Of a DNA stretch of 64,000 bases, positions 28,571-37,705 are shown one piece after another. The stretch lies in assembly GCA_001000675.1 (NCBI GenBank), contig LCHW01000003.1, forward strand, positions 3,873-67,872, in the 5' to 3' direction. How positions within the stretch are numbered: position 1 is the first letter of the stretch; each line of letters begins with the position of its first letter. Both the position numbers and the translations under genes were made by a program. The stretch is from Candidatus Wolfebacteria bacterium GW2011_GWE2_44_13. Its GTDB lineage: Bacteria > Patescibacteriota > Minisyncoccia > UBA6257 > UBA9933. The notes beneath the pieces are model-generated. The model saw nothing but the letters and a program-made list of their open reading frames with translations, did no database searches and had not been told where the DNA came from.

Positions 28571-28643
28571 TGGACCTTACCGGGATCGAACCGGTCACCT
28601 CTTCCATGCCATGGAAGCGCTCTACCAGATGAGCTAAAGGCCC
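28571..28643 (-). tRNA. tRNA-Ala (anticodon GGC)
   Basis: G3:U70 Ala identity pair, anticodon loop atggcat. Confidence 0.8.
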
Positions 28644-28710
28644 TCACATCACTGACAAAATCAATCTTATCTAAAAAATACCTAATTGGCAAGAATTAGA
28701 TGGACCAAAC

Positions 28711-28745
28711 AAAAACCGCCAATCCTTGCGAACTGGCGGCTTCTG
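28711..28745 (-). terminator. Rho-independent terminator downstream of tRNA-Ala(TGC)
   Basis: ccgcca..tggcgg hairpin followed by a T-run on the minus strand. Confidence 0.5.
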
Positions 28746-28755
28746 CCAAATATTG

Positions 28756-28828
28756 TGGACCTTACCGGGCTCGAACCGGTCACCTCTACATTGCAAATGT
28801 AGCGCTCTACCAGATGAGCTAAAGGCCC
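28756..28828 (-). tRNA. tRNA-Ala (anticodon TGC)
   Basis: G3:U70 pair, anticodon loop tttgcaa. Confidence 0.85.
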
Positions 28829-28931
28829 TGATAGTTTTTCTATTCTATAAAACTTTTTAGAAACTTGCAACAGCAACTTAAACAATATAATCTATGTAAA
28901 TGCCCGTTGCAAGAGGGCGTATCCCAGCCTT

Positions 28932-29003
28932 GCCTTCGTAGTTCAATGGATAGAACAAATCCGTCCTAAGGATAAAATGGGGGTTCGATTCCCTCCGAGG
29001 GCA
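28932..29003 (+). tRNA. tRNA-Arg (anticodon CCT)
   Basis: Acceptor gccttcg/cgagggc, anticodon loop gtcctaa. Confidence 0.75.
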
Positions 29004-29064
29004 CAATTTCTTGAAAAGCATAGGTGTTTCTGCTATCTTCTATAGGTATCTTTATTGCGACATA

Positions 29065-29136
29065 GTCCTCATCGTTCAACGGATAGGACACAAGGTTCCG
29101 AACTTTGTAATGGAGGTTCGATTCCTCCTGAGGGCA
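29065..29136 (+). tRNA. tRNA-Arg (anticodon CCG)
   Basis: Acceptor gtcctca/tgagggc, anticodon loop ttccgaa. Confidence 0.85.
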
Positions 29137-29148
29137 CAATTTATATAA

Positions 29149-29237
29149 GGAGGCGTGCCAGAGCGGTTGAATGGGACGCACTCGAAATGCGTTATACTGG
29201 TCAAACAGTATCGGAGGTTCGAATCCTCTCGCCTCCT
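29149..29237 (+). tRNA. tRNA-Ser (anticodon CGA)
   Basis: Acceptor ggaggcg/cgcctcc, anticodon loop ctcgaaa, long variable arm. Confidence 0.85.
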
Positions 29238-29239
29238 CA

Positions 29240-29368
29240 AATATATTAGGACACCCGCCAAGGGTGTTTTGATATATCGGGCGAGTGGATGAGAAGTTTA
29301 CCCTGAACATTTCGGCGAGCTCAATGCGAGCCTCTGCCGAAGGGAATCCTCTCGCCTCCTCAAAAATA
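29240..29368 (+). pseudogene. Degenerate tandem copy of the tRNA-Ser(CGA) 3' end plus downstream hairpin
   Basis: A second gaatcctctcgcctcctcaaa at 29344-29364, with a degenerate body, followed by a hairpin that parallels the one after the intact tRNA. Confidence 0.45.
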
Positions 29369-29471
29369 CAGTAATGCGCCCCACAAGAGTGCGTTGTTGT
29401 ATATACTTTTATTAAAATAAAGGCCCCAGCAGATTATGCCGGGGGCTTAGGTTGCATACGAACGTTTCGTT

Positions 29472-30413
29472 TCAATCAAGAGCAAGTCTCGCCTTAACGA
29501 TTTCGACAAGTTCTTGCCATGAAAGACCACTCCCCATTTCTCTCGACGATCCGCCGATAATTGTCGACCCGCTCCATCCATTTACTCGGGTAAGTCCTTC
29601 AGCGAGATTAAAATCATCGTAAAGCGTTTGAATTGGGAATGGTATATATTGCGATCTTCTTCCGATGGTATAAACATGTCGCCCATCCGTTCTTTGAGCA
29701 ACCACGCTTATGAATGCGTTCATGCCTTTCCCGTAAAGGTGGTAGCGCGCTTCATTCCCCCCGATTTCGTTCACAATTTTAAATATCGGCGAGTCGTACA
29801 GTATTTCGTGACGAGTGTCGAGTGTTTTTCCTCCGGCCTGGCCCATAAGAAGCATGTCTAATCTTTTCATGACCGCCTCTATATTATCCCGAAGCATGTT
29901 TTCATCTGCTTGCGATAGCTTTCCCGTTTTCCGCAAATCGGTATACGGTTCGAAAATCCAGCAATGTTGCCTGACAATCTCCTCGTCGAGATTTATCGGA
30001 TATGCACCGCCCGTTATATCCCACTTATTAGTAAGATCGAGCAAGCGGTTGATGTGCGGTAGGCTTTGCACTCCCTCAAAAAGCTTATAGTTATTAAGAA
30101 GCCAAACAGCCATAGCCGTGTCCTGATCCGTGTCGTTAATAAACACGTTTAAACAAGGCATCCCATTTTCACGGAAAGATTCCATGAGCCCGCCTTTGAT
30201 GGCCATGTAGGCCTGCATGCATGTACTCATGGTCGCATCCCTGTTGACACCATCGTGGTGATCAAAATTTGCATGCATTGTACGTTCGTCAAATCGAGGA
30301 CCTCCTGAAACCACTCCATCAAGCGCGACGGAATTACGAGGTGTCATCGCTACGAACTCTTCCCATGACATAGTTCTTCTTGGCAAAATACTCAGGGTCA
30401 TTCCTTTTTTCAT
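29472..30413 (-). CDS. Hypothetical protein
   Basis: 313 aa with an FDHHDG motif near the N-terminus. No confident family. Confidence 0.45.
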   Translation of the reverse strand: MKKGMTLSILPRRTMSWEEFVAMTPRNSVALDGVVSGGPRFDERTMHANFDHHDGVNRDATMSTCMQAYMAIKGGLMESFRENGMPCLNVFINDTDQDTAMAVWLLNNYKLFEGVQSLPHINRLLDLTNKWDITGGAYPINLDEEIVRQHCWIFEPYTDLRKTGKLSQADENMLRDNIEAVMKRLDMLLMGQAGGKTLDTRHEILYDSPIFKIVNEIGGNEARYHLYGKGMNAFISVVAQRTDGRHVYTIGRRSQYIPFPIQTLYDDFNLAEGLTRVNGWSGSTIIGGSSREMGSGLSWQELVEIVKARLALD

Positions 30414-30469
30414 TACACTCTCCTCTAGGTTGTTTATTTATTTTTTAAGTTCTTCTTTTTCCTTTATAC

Positions 30470-30500
30470 AATTTATCTATTAATTCTGTCAAATTTAATG
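30470..30500 (-). promoter_or_regulatory. Sigma70-like promoter (TTGACA-17/18-TATAAA) on the minus strand
   Basis: ttgacagaattaatagataaattgtataaa read on the minus strand, upstream of the 313-aa gene. Confidence 0.45.
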
Positions 30501-30588
30501 TGGCTACACTATAATTCATAGTCTTGACGCTTATCTTTTTTTATTCACAAAACGACGCCAATAGGGCGTCGTTTTGTGTTTCGCTATA

Positions 30589-30849
30589 TTAATTATCTTT
30601 GTGAGTGCGCTGCAATACAACAAAGTCTGACCCTCGCTTAAAAACTTCCCAGCCTTCCTCTTCTAATTCCTTTATTCTACTTTCCAAATTAACCATACTG
30701 CTCCTCAGCGTTTTCATATCATTCCCCTCTTGATTAATAACTGTCTCCTCGCCTGGCCTGTTTTGCACCGCATGCCATGGTTCAAAGGCATTCATCATTG
30801 GTCTATCTTTTGATTCGAATGATTCGTTCATATAGTTAGTGTATACCAT
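30589..30849 (-). CDS. Hypothetical small protein
   Basis: 86 aa, with the terminator hairpin 30551-30580 downstream. Confidence 0.4.
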   Translation of the reverse strand: MVYTNYMNESFESKDRPMMNAFEPWHAVQNRPGEETVINQEGNDMKTLRSSMVNLESRIKELEEEGWEVFKRGSDFVVLQRTHKDN

Positions 30850-30875
30850 ATTTCCATTTTCTCGTCCACGGAGGC

Positions 30876-30913
30876 AAAGAAAAAAGAACGGCGTCCGCCG
30901 TTCTTTTTTCTTT
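30876..30913. terminator. Palindromic terminator module next to the tRNA-Glu 3' end (same core as 27431-27470)
   Basis: aaagaaaaaagaacggcg tccg ccgttcttttttcttt. The flanks imperfectly mirror the tRNA acceptor. Confidence 0.55.
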
Positions 30914-30916
30914 ACG

Positions 30917-30988
30917 TGCCCTCACGGAGAATCGAACTCCGGTTTATAGGATGAGAACCTATTGTCCTAACCACTAGACGATGAGGGC
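30917..30988 (-). tRNA. tRNA-Glu (anticodon CTC)
   Basis: Acceptor gccctca/tgagggc, anticodon loop ttctcat. Confidence 0.85.
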
Positions 30989-31089
30989 AAATCGAGTACC
31001 GTATTATGGTACCCGAAAACGCAGGAAATGCAAGATTACTGATACTGGATTCCCGCCTGCGCGGGAATGACAGTGCAAGAGCCTGGATC

Positions 31090-32400
31090 TTATGCTAGGT
31101 TTTGAATCTCGTCGACCACTCGATCAAGCCCTATCGCTCGTGATGCTTTTACCAATACAATATCTCCCTTTTGGATTGTGTTTTGCACTTCTTGCAACAC
31201 TTCTTCAGCAACATCAAAAACATGTACATGCGCCTTTGTCATACCATTTTTAATTGCAGCTTCGGCAATTAATTTACCCCGTGGCCCTACGGTAAATAAC
31301 TCATCGACAACGCCTGCGGCCATTTTCCCAATGCTTTCATGCGCTTCCACACTCAACTTACCCAGTTCAAGCATATCGCCTAATACCGCTATTCTACGCA
31401 CCGCGGTGAGCCCTTCTAGGGTCGTAAGCGCTTCTCGAACAGAAAGTGGTGCTGCGTTATAGCTATCATCAATGATCCACGATTCTTTAATACCCTCCAC
31501 TACATTCATTCTTCGTTTTGCAGGAATATAATAGCGCTCTACGAGTTCTGCGATTTCAACCAAATTCAAGCCAAACGCAATACCGACTGCAAATGCACCC
31601 GCAATGCTATATGCTTGTGCTCGCCCAAATACATTCTTTACCGTTACTGGCACAAAGCTTCCCTCGTGCTCAATCTTAAACGTTATTCCTTCTGGCCTTC
31701 CGTCTATCGAATGATTTTCGAAGTTTGTTATACGCACATCGGCATCTTCACTGAATCCAAATGTCTTAACGCGTGCTCGCGTTCGTTCTCGCATTGCGAG
31801 CACTAGCGCATCATCATGATTTAATATCGCCCACCCACCCACAGGAAGCGATTCGACAAGCCTTCCTTTTTCTCGCGCTACTGCTTCGGTGTCTGGATAA
31901 TATTCTCCATGCGAAGGCATTTCTCCAATCGCTGTAACTACGCCAATCTTAGGGCGTGCCAATGTAAGAAGATACTTAATATCCCCTGGCCTATCTGCAC
32001 CGTATTCCAATACCAACACCTGCGGATATCTCTTTTTATGCGTAACTATACTACTTGCTGTTGCGCGTAATAAAACACGTGTCCAAAACATTGCCTTTTC
32101 TATACGCCTTGTACCCGCTGGCGTATCACGACTGATTAATGCTAAGTCGCCATCGCTCCACTCGCCGATAACGGTAAGGGGGGTTCCAATTTCATTGTTA
32201 AAATTCCCTTTTGACCTCCGTACGCGCCACCGTTCTTTCTCACTAAGACTCGACTCTCCTTTATTTGAAAGTACTGCGAAAATAGCGTCTTTTGTTGACG
32301 TCTTTCCCACACTCCCCGTAATCGCAACAACCTCTGGTCTATAATTCCAGATGATAATGCGGGCATATTTTCGTAACAGTTTTTTCAATATATGAGTCAT
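31090..32400 (-). CDS. murF: UDP-N-acetylmuramoyl-tripeptide--D-alanyl-D-alanine ligase
   Basis: ITGSVGKTSTKD and Mur ligase middle and C-terminal domains. Follows ftsI in the dcw order. Confidence 0.85.
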   Translation of the reverse strand: MTHILKKLLRKYARIIIWNYRPEVVAITGSVGKTSTKDAIFAVLSNKGESSLSEKERWRVRRSKGNFNNEIGTPLTVIGEWSDGDLALISRDTPAGTRRIEKAMFWTRVLLRATASSIVTHKKRYPQVLVLEYGADRPGDIKYLLTLARPKIGVVTAIGEMPSHGEYYPDTEAVAREKGRLVESLPVGGWAILNHDDALVLAMRERTRARVKTFGFSEDADVRITNFENHSIDGRPEGITFKIEHEGSFVPVTVKNVFGRAQAYSIAGAFAVGIAFGLNLVEIAELVERYYIPAKRRMNVVEGIKESWIIDDSYNAAPLSVREALTTLEGLTAVRRIAVLGDMLELGKLSVEAHESIGKMAAGVVDELFTVGPRGKLIAEAAIKNGMTKAHVHVFDVAEEVLQEVQNTIQKGDIVLVKASRAIGLDRVVDEIQNLA

Positions 32401-32405
32401 TTTTT

Positions 32406-34061
32406 TTATCGTGCGTTTTCTGGCTTATCAGGAGCTATATTATAATAGTTCAAGATGAATTGCGAGAGCTCCTTAAATGCAGGAACAACTGTCTGCCCTG
32501 CGAGGGGCGAACCCTTTGGTCGTTCTATTTTAATAAGAATAACGAACTTCGGATCATATGCGGGGGCGAACCCTTCGTATGTGTTTACTACATCGTCACT
32601 ATATCCCCTTCCTCCGAAATTTGGCACATATGCCGTACCTGTTTTCCCTGCAACTTGATAGTTGGGTATTTCGGCTAACTTATTCACATACACAGCACTC
32701 ACCATCATATCCGTAACTGTTCTTGCTGTGTCATTACTTACCACTCTTCGCACCTCGGTTGGCTGTTCATCTGCCGTAATGATTGGCTTCATCAGTACTC
32801 CGTGATTTGCGATTGCCGAAATTGCACTCAACATTTTAATTGGCGTGATTGCGATACCCTGCCCAAATGCAGCAGTTGCATAGTTCACATCTTTTCCTTC
32901 TCGCAATGCAGTTAAATTGCCATCGCGCTCTCCTGGCAATGCAATGCCTGTTGGTTCTCCGAATGTGTACTTGTTAATGAAATAATCTTTAAAAATCTCA
33001 TTACCCATTGTCCGCTGCGCAAAAACCGTGCCCACGTTCAATGAATGCTCGATGACTTCTCGCATTGTTGTGTGTCCATACGCCTTCAAGTCCCAATTCT
33101 TGATTGTTCGTTTGTTTAACGTAATCGAACCTGTGTCGTTATACGATGTTTCCGTAGTTATCTTACCGGTATCGATACCTGCAGACATGGTAATCGGCTT
33201 CATAACCGACCCTGGCTCATACACTGATTGCACAGCCTGGTTAATAAACACCTTCATTTCGGCGTCCTGATAATTATTCGGGTCAAACGTTGGATAATTA
33301 CCCATCGCAAGAATCTTTCCCGTCTTTGGCTCTTGCACGATTACCGTAGCACTTTCTGCCCCCCATGTTTCTACCAATTTTTTAATAATCTCTTCACCTT
33401 GTGCTTGAATGTTTCTATCTATCGTCAATACGATTTCTTTTCCATCTTTTGGATATTCAACGCGATCACCTTTTACTTTTCCTACCGTCCCTGCTAACTC
33501 GCTGTTAAACTGCTTTTCGATTCCGTAGCGGCCTCGCTCGCCTGTTCCGCTTTCTTTTTCACTATCGCTTGTAGGGCTTACGTAGCCTAATACATGGCTT
33601 GCCAATGATCCAAGTGGGTAATATCGTCCGATTTCTTTTGTTATATAAATACCACGAATGCCAAGCTTTTTAATGGCGTTGGCTTCTTCTTGCGATGCTT
33701 TAAATTTAAGCAGTTCATACTGATCGTTACTCTTTGAAAGCATCCTTTTCACCTCTGGCTGCGATAAATCCAATATTTTACTAATATTTAACGCAACGAC
33801 ATCGGGATCGGCAACCTCTTTTGGCACTGCATAAATAAGATTAAATTCCTTGTTCAATACAGCTGCAATGCGATTACCATTCTTGTCGGTCATATATACA
33901 GCTCCGCGATTTGGCTGCAATACTCCGGATGCAATTTGCTGTGATTCAGCCTGTGCTTCGTAAAATGCATTCTTGTTGAACTGCAAATTATAGAGCTGAA
34001 AAACAAGCGCTAAATAGACTATTCCGAAAGATGCAATTAACGATCGTATGCGCCACTTCAT
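32406..34061 (-). CDS. ftsI: Peptidoglycan transpeptidase FtsI (PBP3-like)
   Basis: SxxK (SVMKP), SxN (SLN), KTG (KTGT), N-terminal TM. It sits in the dcw cluster after ftsL. Confidence 0.8.
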   Translation of the reverse strand: MKWRIRSLIASFGIVYLALVFQLYNLQFNKNAFYEAQAESQQIASGVLQPNRGAVYMTDKNGNRIAAVLNKEFNLIYAVPKEVADPDVVALNISKILDLSQPEVKRMLSKSNDQYELLKFKASQEEANAIKKLGIRGIYITKEIGRYYPLGSLASHVLGYVSPTSDSEKESGTGERGRYGIEKQFNSELAGTVGKVKGDRVEYPKDGKEIVLTIDRNIQAQGEEIIKKLVETWGAESATVIVQEPKTGKILAMGNYPTFDPNNYQDAEMKVFINQAVQSVYEPGSVMKPITMSAGIDTGKITTETSYNDTGSITLNKRTIKNWDLKAYGHTTMREVIEHSLNVGTVFAQRTMGNEIFKDYFINKYTFGEPTGIALPGERDGNLTALREGKDVNYATAAFGQGIAITPIKMLSAISAIANHGVLMKPIITADEQPTEVRRVVSNDTARTVTDMMVSAVYVNKLAEIPNYQVAGKTGTAYVPNFGGRGYSDDVVNTYEGFAPAYDPKFVILIKIERPKGSPLAGQTVVPAFKELSQFILNYYNIAPDKPENAR

Positions 34062-34149
34062 TTCATTTCAAGATACTATAATTTTTTTACCCAACGATTT
34101 TTAATTGTAACCGATAATATGAAAAATCTGAAATTTTTTTACTGCTCTC

Positions 34150-34458
34150 TTATAAATTAATGCTTACTTCTTGCCGTCGTACGTAATTTGGATTTTTTTC
34201 TATTACTAATCCATTACTTGTTGCAAACGCTTGTATCTTCTGTGTGTCAGTTAATGCATATAATGCACTCTTTAATTCTGCGTTCTTTACTTCGATACTG
34301 CGCAAATCATCTCTGCGCTGCGTCATTTCGTGGCTATTGTTAACAACTTGATTGTAGAAAAATACTCCGCTTACGGCAGCGCATCCAGCGCCAATCGCTA
34401 GCCCAATAGCCCATCTTCGTAGCAATTCGCCATCCTTTTTTTGTCGAATGATTGTCAT
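34150..34458 (-). CDS. ftsL: FtsL-like cell division protein
   Basis: 102 aa, single TM plus coiled coil, between rsmH and ftsI. Confidence 0.5.
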   Translation of the reverse strand: MTIIRQKKDGELLRRWAIGLAIGAGCAAVSGVFFYNQVVNNSHEMTQRRDDLRSIEVKNAELKSALYALTDTQKIQAFATSNGLVIEKNPNYVRRQEVSINL

Positions 34459-34484
34459 AGTAATAGAGAATTTAGATTATATGA

Positions 34485-35375
34485 TTACGAAACAGTTATT
34501 TCGAAGCAACGCATTTTTGCAGAGCGCGATCGTGGATTTTGTTTTATCTCTTCTTCGGTTGCCGTAATTGGTTTTTTAGTGATAATTTTCCCTATCTTTT
34601 CCTTTTCTTTTTCTCTGAACCGTGTTTTTACAATTCTGTCTTCTAATGAGTGGAACGAGATGATTACAATGCGTCCTCCTGGTTTTATTATTTCTTCACA
34701 CTCTGTGAGTATTTTTTCTAGATTATCTAATTCCTTATTTACATAGATGCGCAAAGCCTGGAATGCGCGAGTAGCGGGGTGAATTCTTCCTTTTTCGTAT
34801 CCCCTTCCTACTGCTGCCAATATCACATCGGCAAGCTCTTTTGTTGTTTCTATTTTCTTCTTCTTTCTCTGTTCGACGATATGTTTTGCCATTCGCCTCG
34901 ACATACGCTCCTCTCCGTATTGATAAATCACATCAGCAAGGTCTTTTTCAGAAAGACCGTTGACCACATCTGCTGCAGTTGGCATGCCGCCAGTTAAGTC
35001 ATACCGCATATCTAACGGTTCATCTTTTTGAAAACTCATCCCTCGTTCATCTTCTAACTGTACTGACGAAAATCCGAGGTCAAGCAACAAGCCATCTGCT
35101 TTCGGTAATGCGAGGCGCTGCATCACTTCTTTCACATCTGCGTAGTTTGCATGCTCCAACATTATCTTTCCATTCGTCTTTTTAAACTTTTCTCGTAGTC
35201 GCTCTACCATTCCCTTGTCCCAATCCAATCCAAGAAACATTCCGCTCTTCCCAATTTTTTCAATCACCGCAGCCGCATGCCCTCCCCCATCAGTCGTACC
35301 ATCGATGAAAAACTGTCCCGGCTTTGGGTCAAGTAATTCCAGTGTTTCATTGAATAGAACGGAGATGTGTGCCAT
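34485..35375 (-). CDS. rsmH: 16S rRNA (cytosine1402-N4)-methyltransferase
   Basis: FIDGTTDGGGHA ... LLDLGFSS motifs. Confidence 0.9.
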   Translation of the reverse strand: MAHISVLFNETLELLDPKPGQFFIDGTTDGGGHAAAVIEKIGKSGMFLGLDWDKGMVERLREKFKKTNGKIMLEHANYADVKEVMQRLALPKADGLLLDLGFSSVQLEDERGMSFQKDEPLDMRYDLTGGMPTAADVVNGLSEKDLADVIYQYGEERMSRRMAKHIVEQRKKKKIETTKELADVILAAVGRGYEKGRIHPATRAFQALRIYVNKELDNLEKILTECEEIIKPGGRIVIISFHSLEDRIVKTRFREKEKEKIGKIITKKPITATEEEIKQNPRSRSAKMRCFEITVS

Positions 35376-35413
35376 CGATAGAGGTAGCGTTACGGGGTGT
35401 GTAAGTATTTTTG

Positions 35414-35845
35414 TTATATTCCGAGATCAGAGAGTTTTTCAGCTATTTCATCAGAAGATGCTTCTGTTTTTTCTTTATATTCTTTCCATTGTGCGCTATC
35501 CCAAATTTCAATTCGATTATACAACCCGGTTACTACGACCTCTTTAGAAAGGCCTGCGTACGTTCGAAGATAATCCGGAACTAATATTCTGCCCTGCTTA
35601 TCTATTTCAACATCCATTGCACCTGCAAGCATGAGTCGAGTAAATGCTCGAGAGTTTGCTTGTGTAAGCGGGAGTGAAACAATTTTCTCCGCAAGTTTTG
35701 CCCATTCATCAGCACTAAATACAAACAAACACTTATCAAGGCCACGCGTTATAATCGCTTCTCCAGAAAGTTTCGTACGAAATTTAGCGGGCAATGCCAT
35801 GCGTCCTTTTTCGTCTAGGTTGTGTGCAAATTCGCCGATAAACAT
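35414..35845 (-). CDS. mraZ: Transcriptional regulator MraZ
   Basis: 143 aa, two MraZ repeats (DEKGRMALPAKFR; DKQGRILVPDYLR). Confidence 0.85.
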   Translation of the reverse strand: MFIGEFAHNLDEKGRMALPAKFRTKLSGEAIITRGLDKCLFVFSADEWAKLAEKIVSLPLTQANSRAFTRLMLAGAMDVEIDKQGRILVPDYLRTYAGLSKEVVVTGLYNRIEIWDSAQWKEYKEKTEASSDEIAEKLSDLGI

Positions 35846-36038
35846 ATGAGTGAGCTATGCAGATAAGAAGTGTGAGATAACTATTTTCTATATTCTCCCC
35901 ACTTTTCACCACTTTCCTCCATTCTACTCTATTTGCGATATCTATGCAACAAAAAAACCGTCAATCAATGGGTGGCAGCTTTAAAATAATACAATGTCTA
36001 TGCGGTTATTTTTATAATTACAAAAAGTTATCCACTTT

Positions 36039-36296
36039 TTATTTTTCCGTCAGTAGATCCAACTCAATGTCCAGATCGTCCATTCGTTCCTTCAATAACT
36101 TTTTTACATCGCCAACCGCTTTTTTATACACATCATCCCCTATTGTTTGTAAAAAGAAATCCAGTATTTCTCCTGCAGCGATGATGCCAATTTCTTCATC
36201 GCGCTCGTCTTGAAAAAAAGCGGTGATCGCCTTTAATGCGTCCATGCGCTTCTCTTCCGTTACAAAATCAAATTTTTGGCTTCTTTTTTTCGTCAT
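36039..36296 (-). CDS. Hypothetical small acidic protein
   Basis: 85 aa. Confidence 0.4.
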   Translation of the reverse strand: MTKKRSQKFDFVTEEKRMDALKAITAFFQDERDEEIGIIAAGEILDFFLQTIGDDVYKKAVGDVKKLLKERMDDLDIELDLLTEK

Positions 36297-36331
36297 ACTC
36301 TTCTAATGATGAAACACTCACCATTGAATGA

Positions 36332-36460
36332 GGTGCGAGACACTGGGGAATTGATGAGGAAGCTGTATTTAATAATACAGCGACCGAATCAATGGGGCCC
36401 CACCATGTAAAGTCCGCCCGAAGCGGACCACGTGGCAAGTAACGAAGCAGTTCGCAAAAC
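36332..36460 (-). ncRNA. Structured RNA-like repeat element, copy 1 (with a 38-nt insertion)
   Basis: Shares the gtgcgag..gggaat..gatgaggaagctgt..gcgaccgaat..ggggccc..gtaacgaagca..gcaaaa backbone with the copies at 40399 and 40911. Orientation is assumed from the surrounding operon. Confidence 0.45.
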
Positions 36461-36469
36461 CTATGCGTT

Positions 36470-37699
36470 TTATCTTGTTTTGAATGCTTCTTTTGGAGAA
36501 AGTGTCGTCGACCTATGCGCTGGCCAGAACCCTGCAATTAATCCAATCATAGAGGACAAGATGAGTGTCGTAATAACGAACCATATTGGGGTAATAAACA
36601 ATCGTATAGGGGCGCCTCCAAGGCGTTGCGCGAGAATGCTTAAAATAAAGTTTACCGTCTCTCCCGCCGCAATACCCAACGCAACACCCCCTAGCCCGCC
36701 TGATAATCCCATCAATAATGATTCCATGAGGAATAGGTTTTTAACATCACGGTCTGTAGCACCTAATGACTTCATAATACCCACCTCGTAAATACGTTCC
36801 AAAAATCCTACGATCATTGTGTTGAACATACCGATTGCCGATACGATAAGTGCAGCAATACCAAAAACACCAAGAATAGTTGTAATGATGTTCATAACCT
36901 TCTTTGCTTGGTTCACAAGGTCCACGCGAGCTGAAATAATAAACCCTTGTTCAATCAGCTCATCGCGCAATGATTCAACTGCATCAATGTTTGTTGCCTT
37001 TAACAACACTTCCTTGTAGAACGGTGGCTTTTGATCAACCGCAGAAGCAGACACAAAAGCAAACGGGGCTTGCGTATCATCGTTAATAATTCCAACGAGC
37101 TTGATTGGTTCTCTTAAAATTACCTCCTGTCCAGCTCCTTCTTGATCATTCAACCCTTGGTAGGTCAGCTTTAGCCCAAGCTCTTTCCCTATTGAGCTTT
37201 GATCGGGCACAAGGTTGAGCAGCTTTGCGGCTTGACTCGAAAGCACAATCCCCTTTTCATCTTCCTTAAATGCTTTCCCCGTGTCCGGCATAAGTCCAGA
37301 CAATCGAAAATAACTTGGGCTGATTATCTTTGCCACAACCAACCCAGTAGCTCCTTCGATTTTAATTTCTGCAGGAAACTCTGCCATCGTACTAACCTCG
37401 CCTACGTTTGGCATTTTAGTAATCGATTCGATTGTTGCCGGGTTAATATTCAATTCGCTCTCCGCTGGATAGCTTACCCCGAGCGCCATAAGAGAATCCT
37501 CTGTTGTTACCAATTTACCAATCAAAATAAATTGCAAACCATATCCCATAGAAATCAAAAACATAACCGTTCCGATGCCCACAGACATACCCATGATCGT
37601 CAAAAAAGTTCGAACTGGTTTCGTTTTAAATACTCGGAATGATAGCCGAAAAAGATCTGTTACCGATAAATGATTTCTTGTTTCTTCCATATGCTCCAA
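36470..37699 (-). CDS. ABC transporter permease (MacB/LolE-like, FtsX domain)
   Basis: 409 aa. N-terminal TM, periplasmic MacB-like domain, three C-terminal TMs. Confidence 0.75.
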   Translation of the reverse strand: MEHMEETRNHLSVTDLFRLSFRVFKTKPVRTFLTIMGMSVGIGTVMFLISMGYGLQFILIGKLVTTEDSLMALGVSYPAESELNINPATIESITKMPNVGEVSTMAEFPAEIKIEGATGLVVAKIISPSYFRLSGLMPDTGKAFKEDEKGIVLSSQAAKLLNLVPDQSSIGKELGLKLTYQGLNDQEGAGQEVILREPIKLVGIINDDTQAPFAFVSASAVDQKPPFYKEVLLKATNIDAVESLRDELIEQGFIISARVDLVNQAKKVMNIITTILGVFGIAALIVSAIGMFNTMIVGFLERIYEVGIMKSLGATDRDVKNLFLMESLLMGLSGGLGGVALGIAAGETVNFILSILAQRLGGAPIRLFITPIWFVITTLILSSMIGLIAGFWPAHRSTTLSPKEAFKTR

Positions 37700-37705
37700 T
37701 AGTTA

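Noticed and set aside
28966-29310. ORFs 28966..29310(-), 29055..29249(+), 29076..29261(-), 28465..28692(-) and 28682..28885(-) in the ORF track
   Set aside because: They lie entirely over tRNA genes and tRNA fragments, so they are spurious reading frames.
31049-31068. Hairpin attcccgc ctgc gcgggaat downstream of murF as a terminator
   Set aside because: It is a stable stem, but no U-run follows on the transcribed strand, so it is not called a terminator with confidence.
36300-36460. Structured repeat element as an intrinsic terminator or as the L10 leader
   Set aside because: No U-run follows the stems in either orientation, and the L10 leader position (upstream of rplJ) is occupied by a different long leader. 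It is kept as a candidate novel RNA element instead.
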